In this document: one piece after another, positions 38,798-47,035 of the stretch
Numbering within the stretch: the first letter of the stretch is position 1
Layout: each line of letters starts with the position of its first letter
Assembly (NCBI GenBank): GCA_037146775.1
Contig: JBAWWL010000002.1
Location: 262,554 to 326,553 of the forward strand
Length of the DNA: 64,000 bases
Source of the DNA: Candidatus Omnitrophota bacterium
GTDB lineage: Bacteria; Omnitrophota; Gorgyraeia; Duberdicusellales; 4484-171
Reading direction: 5' to 3'
Translations under genes and position numbers: made by a program
The notes under the pieces: generated by a model
Seen by the model: the letters and a program-made list of their open reading frames with translations, nothing else
Told to the model about the DNA's origin: nothing
Database searches by the model: none

Positions 38798-39051
38798 ATA
38801 GTATGTAGTATAGAGTATATAGTTATATAGTGGGGAAATGACAAGCGTGAATGGTCATTCGCCTTGCCACACACTATTTACGATGTACGATATGCTACGT
38901 ATAGGGAAGGGGTCAAACCTCAAAACTAAAGAATAAAGATTAAAGTGCTGATGAGCGGTAACGTTTTAAAATCAAATATTAAATATTAAATAGCAAATAT
39001 TAAAGTTGAGACCAAGATAGGGAAAAGGGAAAATTAAAAAAAGGAGAGGAG
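38798..39051. repeat. intergenic repeat block (AGTAnnn 7-mer array; shared GGGGTCAAACCTCAAAACTAAA segment; A/G-rich tract)
   Basis: Shares the >20-nt GGGGTCAAACCTCAAAACTAAA string with 40052-40075. Confidence 0.7.
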
Positions 39052-40023
39052 ATGGGGAAGCAAAAAGTCAAAAAAGTTTTAGTCTGCGGAGCGGGAGGGT
39101 TTATTGCAAGTCACTTGGTAAAAAGGCTGAAAAAAGAAGGGTTTTGGGTGAGAGGGGTGGATATAAAATACCCGGAATTTTCTAAAACGCACGCTGATGA
39201 ATTCTTACGTTTAGATTTGCGCGAGAAGAAAAATGCTGACAAAGCCTTAAAACTGAAGACAGGAAATTTTGATGATGTTTATCAGTTGGCCGCGGATATG
39301 GGTGGAATGGGATTTATTCATTCGGCAGAATGTGAAATTATGCGTAACAACGCATTTATAAACTTGAATATGATTGATTCTGCGTCTAAGAGTGGAATAA
39401 AACGCTATTTCTTTTCTTCTTCGGTCTGCATTTATCGGGATATGAAGATAGGCGAACCGGAGTTGACCGAAGAGCAAGCTTATCCGGCATTGCCAGATAA
39501 TGAATATGGCTGGGAGAAGCTTTATGCTGAGCGTACGGCGTTAACATATGGCAGGAAGTGTGGTTTTAAGGTGCGTATTGCCCGTTTTCAAAACTGCTAT
39601 GGCCCGGAAGGCACCTGGCAGGGAGGAAGAGAAAAAGCTCCGGCAGCCTTGTGTCGTAAAGTCGCCCAGGCGAAAGATGGCGGAACCGTTGAAGTGTGGG
39701 GTAATGGTACGGCTGTACGCTCTTATACTTATGTTGAGGATATGCTTGAAGGTATTAGGCGGCTAGTTGAGTCAGATTTAGAGGGGCCTACTAACATTGG
39801 TTCGCCAGAATATGTTTCGGTGAAGGAGCTGGTTGATACGGTAGCTAAAGTCTCCGGAAAAAAATTTACTATTAAATGGATAGAAGGGCCGGTTGGCGTG
39901 CAATCTAGGAATTTCAGCAATAAGAAAATCTATTCCACCGGTTGGCGTTCGAAGTTTTCTTTGGAAGAAGGAATTAGGCAAACTTATCTATGGATAGAGA
40001 AACAAGTGAAGGATAGTAGATAG
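39052..40023 (+). CDS. NAD-dependent epimerase/dehydratase family protein
   Basis: KVLVCGAGGFIASHLVKRL Rossmann motif; AGGAGAGGAG RBS upstream. Confidence 0.75.
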   Translation: MGKQKVKKVLVCGAGGFIASHLVKRLKKEGFWVRGVDIKYPEFSKTHADEFLRLDLREKKNADKALKLKTGNFDDVYQLAADMGGMGFIHSAECEIMRNNAFINLNMIDSASKSGIKRYFFSSSVCIYRDMKIGEPELTEEQAYPALPDNEYGWEKLYAERTALTYGRKCGFKVRIARFQNCYGPEGTWQGGREKAPAALCRKVAQAKDGGTVEVWGNGTAVRSYTYVEDMLEGIRRLVESDLEGPTNIGSPEYVSVKELVDTVAKVSGKKFTIKWIEGPVGVQSRNFSNKKIYSTGWRSKFSLEEGIRQTYLWIEKQVKDSR

Positions 40024-40345
40024 TCGTGAGTATGTAGTATTGAGTAGAGAGGGGAGGGGTCAAACCTCAAAACTAAAAACTAAAAATTAAAGTGATACCA
40101 AACGGTGACGGTCGCTCGCCTCGATTCGTTCGGCGAAGCGGGCGACGCTCGTTTCGGATTACGTATAAAGGCAACGTACATAGTATAGCGTATATAGTTA
40201 GGGAGAAAGTATGTAGTACAGAGTACATAGTATATCGTGGTGGCAGAAGAAAAATTTAAATATATTTTGTATACTCCGCTACATGCTATGTATGATATAC
40301 AACATACCATGGACGATATACGACATACAATAAAAACTTAAAAGT
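40024..40345. repeat. intergenic composite repeat (AGTAnnn arrays flanking a GC-rich core)
   Basis: Core CGCTCGCCTCGATTCGTTCGGCGAAGCGGGCGACGCTCGTTTCGGATTACGT at about 40115-40166 is about 90% identical to the cores at 56445-56500 and 57570-57625. Confidence 0.7.
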
Positions 40346-40708
40346 ATGCTAAAACACATCACAATCGGAATATTTATACCTTATTGCATCTTTTTATTCT
40401 TTTATATTAAAAATGGCTTTAGGGTGGATAGCAGAAAGTTGGCCAGATTACCGTTTCTTCTTTTATTGTGCGCCATTTGGAGTTTTATGCCAAGCATCTT
40501 AAGCAAACTGCATTTATGGCCGTTAAGTGCGATCGCTAATAACTTTTATATCAGCAATATTTTTTTCTTCTACGGAATATTACGTAAAATCGGTCATAGT
40601 GGTTCTACTTTCGGGTTGGGCGTGGTTCTATGTATCTTTTTTTCTCTCGCGATTATCTATGCGAGGTATTTACGAGCGCAGGAGCGAGAAATTAGCAATA
40701 GTATATAG
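40346..40708 (+). CDS. small membrane protein, paralogue of the N-terminal domain of the ORF at 41211..42389
   Basis: RKLARLPFLLLLCAIWSFMP...FFFYGIL...AIIYARYLRA aligns with KRLTARLLFVTVIFMMFCALWAVIP...FFFHGFL...AIYAMFFLM in the downstream gene; embedded in a repeat block, so coding status is uncertain. Confidence 0.3.
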   Translation: MLKHITIGIFIPYCIFLFFYIKNGFRVDSRKLARLPFLLLLCAIWSFMPSILSKLHLWPLSAIANNFYISNIFFFYGILRKIGHSGSTFGLGVVLCIFFSLAIIYARYLRAQEREISNSI

Positions 40709-40788
40709 TATGTCGTACATAGTACATAGGGGGCAGTACAGCATATATAGCATGTAGTATATAGTCGGGTAACAAGAAGGAAAAAAGA

Positions 40789-41151
40789 GTGGAAGAGAAG
40801 ATAAAAACTTTTAAGGATCTAAGAATCTGGCAAAAGGCGATGGAGATCGTTAAAGATATTTACCAGGTAACCAACTCTTTTCCAAAAGAAGAGCTTTATG
40901 GTTTAACATCCCAGATGCGAAGATGTGCGGTGTCTCTTGCTTCGAATATTGCCGAGGGTTTTAAGAGATATCACAATAAAGAGTACAAACAATTTCTACA
41001 TATTATGTTAGGATCTGCGGCTGAATTAGAAACGCAGCTACTAATATCAGAAGAACTTAGATACATTAACAAGGAAGAAACGGAAAAAATATGTGAGAAA
41101 TTAGAGCATCTTTCGAGGATGACCACAGTTCTTATCCGTAAGCTTAAGTAA
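40789..41151 (+). CDS. four-helix-bundle protein (23S rRNA intervening-sequence protein family)
   Basis: 120 aa; DLRIWQKAMEIVKDIYQVT...SQMRRCAVSLASNIAEGF is the family signature; GTG start with a GAAGGA RBS. Confidence 0.65.
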   Translation: MEEKIKTFKDLRIWQKAMEIVKDIYQVTNSFPKEELYGLTSQMRRCAVSLASNIAEGFKRYHNKEYKQFLHIMLGSAAELETQLLISEELRYINKEETEKICEKLEHLSRMTTVLIRKLK

Positions 41152-41210
41152 CTTTTCACTATATACGATATACTATTTACAATGTACATTTATAAAAGGA
41201 ATTAAATAAG

Positions 41211-42389
41211 ATGTCTTTACCATCAGCGCATGTAGCAGTGGGTATGGGGGTACCGTTTCTGGCGGGGTTAGCCAGATTTCTGGCGACAAAACGCCTAACA
41301 GCCAGGCTTTTGTTTGTTACGGTAATCTTTATGATGTTTTGTGCGCTCTGGGCGGTTATTCCTGATATACCGCAAATGCTGCCAAAAGAGTTTCAGCATT
41401 GGGAATCAAAAATTATGCATTCAGGTTATGCTGATGTATTTTTCTTCCACGGTTTTTTAGATGAGCACAATAGCGAGGATAGGGGCCTGCTTGAGGGAGC
41501 CATGGCAATATACGCCATGTTTTTTCTTATGCTCTTTGCTTCGGCTAAAACCGTGCGCGATAATCAGAAAAAAATAGATAGAATGAAAGGTAATCCTTCG
41601 TCACCTACGGTCTTGGATTCGCTTGAAAAGATGAGTCATAAAGACATGGTCGATATCCATTGCCATATATTGCCAGGAGTTGATGATGGCCCGGATACAA
41701 TAGAGGATTCGCTTGCGATGTGTAGAAGACTACATGAGTTGGGAGTGGTGCATATTGTGGCTACTCCGCATCTACCCTGGAGAGAAAAATATGAGGTAGA
41801 TAAAATAACTGCCGCGTATAATTTATTAAAAGATGCACTTGTAAAAGAGAATATTGCGATAGAGCTTTCTCTGGGCGCAGATATCAGGATAAGCTGGGAT
41901 TTGATAGAGAGGTTAAAAAATGGATCTCTGCTTACTTTAGCCAAGGGCCGATATTTTCTTTTAGAATTAGATGATTTCACTGTCCCGCCAGGATTAGAGG
42001 ATTTCATCAAACGTTGCAATAAGGAAGGTTTTTATCCGGTGCTTACACATCCGGAGAGAAATGTTTTATTTTGTTCAGATTATGAAAGAATAAGAAAGAT
42101 TGCACAACTCCCAGTATTAATCCAAATTAGTTCTTGCAGCTTGGTCGGTTCTTTAGGTGCTGCAGCGAAAAGAGCGGCTATGGATTGGCTTAAACTTGAT
42201 TTAGTAGATGTGATGGCTTCGGATGCGCATGCGGTGAATATGCGGTTAGAAGAATTTAATAAAGGTTTATTTGCGGCACAAAAGATCACAGACCGTAAGC
42301 GACTTGAGGATTTGGTCATTGCTACGCCTTCAGCTATCGTACAAAATAAGGAGATTGAAGTAATAAAGAGAAATATAAAAAGTACATAG
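41211..42389 (+). CDS. membrane-anchored CpsB/CapC-type PHP-family protein-tyrosine phosphatase
   Basis: C-terminal MVDIHCHILPGVDDGPDTIEDSLAMCRRL...VATPHL is the PHP metal-binding motif of CpsB-like phosphatases; N-terminal about 130 aa with 3-4 TM helices. Confidence 0.65.
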   Translation: MSLPSAHVAVGMGVPFLAGLARFLATKRLTARLLFVTVIFMMFCALWAVIPDIPQMLPKEFQHWESKIMHSGYADVFFFHGFLDEHNSEDRGLLEGAMAIYAMFFLMLFASAKTVRDNQKKIDRMKGNPSSPTVLDSLEKMSHKDMVDIHCHILPGVDDGPDTIEDSLAMCRRLHELGVVHIVATPHLPWREKYEVDKITAAYNLLKDALVKENIAIELSLGADIRISWDLIERLKNGSLLTLAKGRYFLLELDDFTVPPGLEDFIKRCNKEGFYPVLTHPERNVLFCSDYERIRKIAQLPVLIQISSCSLVGSLGAAAKRAAMDWLKLDLVDVMASDAHAVNMRLEEFNKGLFAAQKITDRKRLEDLVIATPSAIVQNKEIEVIKRNIKST

Positions 42390-42519
42390 TATGTCGTACA
42401 TTGTACATAGTACAAATAAACCCTAAACACTAAACTCTAAATCCTAAATAAATTCAAAATCACAAACTAGAAATTTCAAACTTAAAACAAGATTATTGCA
42501 TATTGGAGGTAGTAAATAT
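42390..42519. repeat. intergenic repeat block (AGTAnnn then YYCTAAA 7-mer arrays)
   Basis: tacatagtatgtcgtacattgtacatagtacaaataaaccctaaacactaaactctaaatcctaaataaattcaaaatcacaaac. Confidence 0.65.
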
Positions 42520-43263
42520 ATGAAGAATAAAAGCTGTTATAGCTATGGATGGGTGCCGGATGTGCCGGATCAGAGGGATTTTTTGTATAAGGCGATTAAG
42601 CCAATAGTGCGGATAAAGAAAAAAGTTGATTTAAGGCATTATTGCTCTGCTGTGGAAGTTCAGGGGCAGTTAGGTAGCTGTACAGCGCAGGCTTTGGCAG
42701 GGAGTTTAGAGTTTTTGGATAATAAAGATGGCACGTATGTGGATGTAAGCCGGCTATTTATCTATTATAATGAGCGAGTGTTGATTAACGCGGTTGAATA
42801 TGATTCAGGAGCGTCGTTACGAGACGGAATAAAAACATTAAAGAATGACGGAGCATGTGAAGAGAGGCTTTGGCCATATATCATTAGCAAGTTTGATCAT
42901 AAACCATCGCTTAAGTGTTATAAAGAGGCAAAGGAGCATAGAATTGTTTCATATCACCGCTTAAGAGGTATACCGGAGATGTTAGCGTGTTTAAGTGAAG
43001 GGTATCCGTTTGTGTTCGGCTTTACGGTTTATGAGAGTTTTGAGAGCGAGAAAGTGACCGAGACAGGTGTGGTACAGATGCCTGGTAAAGATGAAGTCGC
43101 GCTTAGCGGGCACGCGGTGATGGCCGTAGGGTATTCGCAGGCGGATAAGCGGTTCCTGGTAAGGAATTCTTGGGGGGCCGGATGGGGTGTGGATGGGTAC
43201 TTTACTATGCCGTTTAAGTATTTAGAGACGTTGGCAGGAGATTTTTGGACAATCAGAAAATAA
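42520..43263 (+). CDS. papain-like (C1 family) cysteine peptidase
   Basis: QGQLGSCTAQALAG (catalytic Cys), GHAVMAVGY (His), NSWGAGWGVDGYF (Asn/Trp); ATG at 42520 with GGAGG at 42505. Confidence 0.7.
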   Translation: MKNKSCYSYGWVPDVPDQRDFLYKAIKPIVRIKKKVDLRHYCSAVEVQGQLGSCTAQALAGSLEFLDNKDGTYVDVSRLFIYYNERVLINAVEYDSGASLRDGIKTLKNDGACEERLWPYIISKFDHKPSLKCYKEAKEHRIVSYHRLRGIPEMLACLSEGYPFVFGFTVYESFESEKVTETGVVQMPGKDEVALSGHAVMAVGYSQADKRFLVRNSWGAGWGVDGYFTMPFKYLETLAGDFWTIRK

Positions 43264-43399
43264 TTAGGTTGATATGTTGATAGGTTAATAGGTTGTCAGG
43301 TTATTATGTTGATAAGTTAATAGGCGACAAGGGATGGGAAGGGAAAAAGCAAAAATCAAAACGAAAAAGGTAAAACGAATTAAAGTAGAAAGTTAAAAA
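43264..43399. repeat. intergenic repeat block (eight ATAGGTTG-type 8-mers then a purine-rich tract)
   Basis: ATAGGTTG ATATGTTG ATAGGTTA ATAGGTTG TCAGGTTA TTATGTTG ATAAGTTA ATAGGCGA. Confidence 0.7.
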
Positions 43400-43431
43400 G
43401 TTTTTTGAATACTCCTGACTCGGCTGAATAT

Positions 43432-43493
43432 GCGGAAAATTCTAATGAGACTTGCCCGATTTTATCGGGCTTAGGCGAATTATAATTTTCCGC
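43432..43493 (+). ncRNA. nested stem-loop; candidate structured RNA within a 945-bp ORF-free gap
   Basis: Outer stem GCGGAAAATT/AATTTTCCGC (43432-43441 and 43484-43493) enclosing GCCCGAT-ttt-ATCGGGC (43454-43470). Confidence 0.3.
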
Positions 43494-43680
43494 AACCTCG
43501 TCGGAGTAATCTTTGGCGCATCAATCTCTCGGTTGTTCCTGGAATGTTCTGCTGGGTTACCCCACAGGGTGCCCTGGTGAGTTGAGGGCCGAGGATCTAT
43601 GCGCGTCGATTAAAATAAATCTGCGAGAAGCTGCTAAATAGGGAACTAATTTCCTACCAGAAGAGTCTAATTTGTATAGT

Positions 43681-43990
43681 ACATAGTCGTGAGTATTATA
43701 TAGGTTAATAGGTTATTATGTTGATATGTTGATAGGCTATTTAATAAGGGGCTATTAGAAAAGTGGTAAAAAAGGGACAGGAAGGGGTGGAAAGGGTTAG
43801 GAAGGGGAGGGAAGATTAACGAATTAAATAATTAAAGAATTAACGGATTAAGATATTAACGAACTAACGAATTAAGAGATTAACGAATGAACTGATTAAG
43901 ATAAAAAAGGAAAAAATTAAATATCAAAAACATTCCGTTAATCGTTGAACGGTGGCGATGCTCGTTTCGGTTGCGTTAATCGTCAATCGG
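43681..43990. repeat. intergenic repeat block (AGTAnnn, ATAGGTTG, GGAAGGG and 12 ATTAAnnn units, then a partial GC core)
   Basis: 8-nt period ATTAA+NNN repeated 12 times at about 43807-43900; GGCGATGCTCGTTTCGGTTGCGTT at about 43954. Confidence 0.7.
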
Positions 43991-44145
43991 CTTTATTTTT
44001 TATGATATTTATGACTCAACCGTTATACGCGGGACGATACGAGCCGCGCCTGCCTCGCCGGCAAGGCGGGTAACCGCTCAACGCATAACGAGGTATTTTT
44101 CATAAACACTTGTCTATCAATCGATTATATAAAATATTACTTAAA

Positions 44146-44165
44146 TAACAACTTTTAAGTTGTTA
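44146..44165 (+). promoter_or_regulatory. perfect palindrome TAACAACTT-tt-AAGTTGTTA, candidate operator
   Basis: 9-bp arms with a 2-bp spacer, 5 bp upstream of the predicted -35 of the AbiEii-like gene. Confidence 0.5.
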
Positions 44166-44170
44166 AATAC

Positions 44171-44199
44171 TTGACAATACAACTTATATAGTGTAAATT
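44171..44199 (+). promoter_or_regulatory. sigma-70-like promoter (TTGACA-17-TAAATT) for the AbiEii-like/HTH pair
   Basis: TTGACA at 44171-44176 and TAAATT at 44194-44199; ATG at 44209. Confidence 0.45.
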
Positions 44200-44208
44200 A
44201 TAAGTGCT

Positions 44209-44931
44209 ATGGAAGGCAAGAGAATGGTGCAATATCAGCAAAGTGTATTAAAAGCCTTATCTAATAAGGTAAACGATTTTTATCTTGTCGGAGGTACGGC
44301 GCTTAGCCTTTTTTATTTTCAACATAGACTATCCGTAGATTTGGATTTTTTTACGCCTAAATTATCGTTTGCGAGAGTAAAAGAGATAGTTGATTACCTG
44401 CAAAAGGCTTTGGAATGTAAAGAAATCAAACTAATAGCGCAGAACCTTGAAAAAGATAAGACAAAAATGCTTATCTATAATATTAATTTTTCTACCGCCG
44501 ATATATTGAAAATTGATTTTGTAGAAGATGTTTTTGAACTAATAACAGAAGTTAAGACTGTTGACGGTATTAGAGTGTTATCATTGGAAGACATCTACAT
44601 CAGAAAGATATATGCGGTTTGCGGTAATATCGAAATAGAGGATGATGTCGGGCGCAAAAATTTTATTGGCGGGAGAGTCGCCGCGAAGGATTTCTACGAT
44701 CTTTATTTTCTTTCTCATGTTTTTATGCCGTTGTCTGGTTTTGCGCAAAAACATTGCGACGCGGCAACAAAAGAGTCTTTAATTCGCTGGTTTAAAATGT
44801 ATGACAGGATGACCATGGTTGACGGAATTTTACAAATCGATACGGAAAAAAATGTAAATGCTAAAAGTATCGAGAAACATTTTGCTAAAGAAGTTGGAAA
44901 GATTATCGAGCAGCAAATAGGTGAAATATGA
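44209..44931 (+). CDS. nucleotidyltransferase, AbiEii/AbiGii toxin-like
   Basis: FYLVGGTALSLFYFQHRLSVDLDFF matches the GGTAL...S.D.DF minimal nucleotidyltransferase signature of the AbiEii family. Confidence 0.55.
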   Translation: MEGKRMVQYQQSVLKALSNKVNDFYLVGGTALSLFYFQHRLSVDLDFFTPKLSFARVKEIVDYLQKALECKEIKLIAQNLEKDKTKMLIYNINFSTADILKIDFVEDVFELITEVKTVDGIRVLSLEDIYIRKIYAVCGNIEIEDDVGRKNFIGGRVAAKDFYDLYFLSHVFMPLSGFAQKHCDAATKESLIRWFKMYDRMTMVDGILQIDTEKNVNAKSIEKHFAKEVGKIIEQQIGEI

Positions 44932-45449
44932 AAAACAATTGGTTGTGGGACATGAAAGTAAACGAAGCAGAAGTAAAGGCAGCACTTAAAGACCCCACAC
45001 ATAAAGATTTTTTACGTTTTGCGGCTTTACTCCTTGCGCGGAATAATGAACCAAAACAGGTATTCAGTGAATATCTTGATCCGCTTGTCTTCTGTAAATA
45101 TTGGCAAGGTATTAAACGCCGGATGCGTGAAGATAAATGGGTTCAGGGAAGGATAATCTTTTGGCAGGCGATATATGACAGTTTAAAGGAGAAGTATCGC
45201 GCTAGAGGAATAATCTTTAAAAAAGAGCCTGTACCTGAAAAAAACCATCTGTGCAAAGAAGTTGGTGACAAGGTCAGCGCTTTACGCCACAGCCAGCATT
45301 TATCACAAAAAGGATTAGCAGAAAAAATGGGTATTTCCCAACAGTTAATTTCACGTATTGAAAAAGGAAGAGAGAACGTTTCTTTATCTACTTTGGATAA
45401 TGTTGCGCGTGCCTTGGGGAAGAAAGTAGAAATTAGCATGAACGTTTAG
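44928..45449 (+). CDS. XRE-family helix-turn-helix protein (putative cognate partner/antitoxin)
   Basis: C-terminal LSQKGLAEKMGISQQLISRIEKGRENVSLSTLDNVARALG is an HTH_3 motif; ATGA start/stop overlap with the upstream gene. Confidence 0.6.
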   Translation: MKNNWLWDMKVNEAEVKAALKDPTHKDFLRFAALLLARNNEPKQVFSEYLDPLVFCKYWQGIKRRMREDKWVQGRIIFWQAIYDSLKEKYRARGIIFKKEPVPEKNHLCKEVGDKVSALRHSQHLSQKGLAEKMGISQQLISRIEKGRENVSLSTLDNVARALGKKVEISMNV

Positions 45450-45620
45450 TAGAGAGTATGTCGTACGTAGTATGTAGTCGTGAGTATTGAGAGAAAGTAT
45501 ATAGTATGTAGTACATGGTATATAGTGGGGGATGGAATCGGTGGACGGTAACGGTTACATTAGAAATATTAAAAATCAAAATGACATAGTCGATAGTATA
45601 TAGTATATCGTATATAGCTG
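45450..45620. repeat. intergenic repeat block (AGTAnnn arrays around GGACGGTAACGGTTAC)
   Basis: The CGGTAACGGTTAC string also occurs at 17008-17020. Confidence 0.6.
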
Positions 45621-45745
45621 TGAATATAAGCCAGCTAATTTAGATTGCGCTTGTCTGGACATATTTTTGGTATTAAAATAGAAAAGAAGTAGTAAAAATT
45701 ATATAAAAGTTAAGAAGTAAGGTTGTTAAGGAAGAAGGGTAAGGA

Positions 45746-47035
45746 TTGAAAAGTTTAAGAGCAAGTATATTATTTTTATTTATTTCTCTTTTTCTTGTAA
45801 ATACAGTTTATTCTGCTGAGACGCTTAGCTGGATTGACTGCGTAAAAGAGGCGGCAAAGAATAATCCTGACCTGATTGCGGCAAGCGAAGAGATTAAACA
45901 ATTCCAGGCTGATAAAACTATTACTGCAAGCGCGCTTTTTCCACAGGTAAGCGGCAGTATGGGCGCCTCAACTACAAAAGTGCCGCTTACGACCGGTAAA
46001 ATGATTACCGGCACCTCGACAAGAGACAGCTATACTTACGGCTTAGATGCTACCCAGCTCATTTTTGACGGATTTAAGACTATTAACGAGATCAGGTCTG
46101 CCTCGGAAAATATAAAAGCCGCCCAATATAACTATCGTTTTACTTCAACCGAAGTACGCCTGAGACTACGCAGCGCCTTTGTCGAGCTTTTGGCGGCGCA
46201 AGAGCAGGTGAGAATTGCCGAGCAGATTTTTGAGCTTAGAAAACGAAATCTGGAGTTGGTCAGGTTACGCTATGAATCAGGGATGGAGCACAGGGGGGCA
46301 TTATTGGTGGCGCGCGCGAATTTAGGCCAGGCAAAATACGAGATCAAACAAGCCAGGAGAAATATCAATATAGCCCGGCAGAAACTAACCAAAGAGATGG
46401 GTAGAGCCGCGTTCAAGTTAGTGCGGGCTCAAGGGACGCTTGAGGTGGGTGATTCGGCAAAAGTGAAACCGGATTTTGAAAAAATAGCGAAAGATAATCC
46501 GTCGTTGCAGCAGTCCATCGCTTTGACACGCGCGGCTAACTATAATCTCAAAGCTACCTATGCGAATTTTTTCCCCACTATCACCGGCGATGCCGGTACG
46601 GGTAAAACCAGCCAGCTGTGGCCGGCCCACGGCGATACTTGGAATGCCGGCCTTACGGTGTCGCTGCCGATATTTGAGGGTGGCTCGCGTATGGCTCAGG
46701 TAGCGCAAGCGAGAGCCCTGTTAAACCAGTTAGAGGCGAATACCAGAAGCACAAAATATTCTGTGGTAGTCGCTCTTGAACAAACCTGGAATATATTACA
46801 GGATATGGTGGATCAAGTAGGAGTGCAGCACCAAATGTTGCTTGCTTCCGACGAACGTTCTAAGATTGCTCAGGCGCAATACTCATTAGGCTACATGACG
46901 TTTGATAACTGGACGATCATTGAAGATAATTTGGTAAAGTCGAAAAAGCTTTTTTTAGACGCGCAGGCAGCCGCCTTGCTGGCGCAGGCAAATTGGGTTC
47001 AGGCGAAAGGAGATACGTTAGAATATGAAGAATAA
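45746..47035 (+). CDS. TolC-family outer-membrane efflux protein
   Basis: Signal peptide, two-repeat coiled-coil/beta architecture, 429 aa; upstream of MacA/MacB homologues; TTG start. Confidence 0.7.
   Translation: MKSLRASILFLFISLFLVNTVYSAETLSWIDCVKEAAKNNPDLIAASEEIKQFQADKTITASALFPQVSGSMGASTTKVPLTTGKMITGTSTRDSYTYGLDATQLIFDGFKTINEIRSASENIKAAQYNYRFTSTEVRLRLRSAFVELLAAQEQVRIAEQIFELRKRNLELVRLRYESGMEHRGALLVARANLGQAKYEIKQARRNINIARQKLTKEMGRAAFKLVRAQGTLEVGDSAKVKPDFEKIAKDNPSLQQSIALTRAANYNLKATYANFFPTITGDAGTGKTSQLWPAHGDTWNAGLTVSLPIFEGGSRMAQVAQARALLNQLEANTRSTKYSVVVALEQTWNILQDMVDQVGVQHQMLLASDERSKIAQAQYSLGYMTFDNWTIIEDNLVKSKKLFLDAQAAALLAQANWVQAKGDTLEYEE

Noticed and set aside
40080-40757. 76-aa ORFs at 40080..40310 (-) and 40527..40757 (+) inside the repeat block
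   Set aside because: They are translations of the AGTAnnn and GC-core repeats (Tyr/Ser/Val-rich low complexity) with no RBS, so they are not called as genes. Only the 40346..40708 ORF was kept, at low confidence, because of its similarity to the downstream membrane domain.
43801-43905. A possible CRISPR array formed by the regularly spaced ATTAACGAATTAA-type repeats (also at 54985, 60195, 62060 and 62905)
   Set aside because: The period is only 8 nt (ATTAA plus 3 nt), with no spacers of 25-40 nt and no cas genes. It is a microsatellite-like array, not CRISPR.
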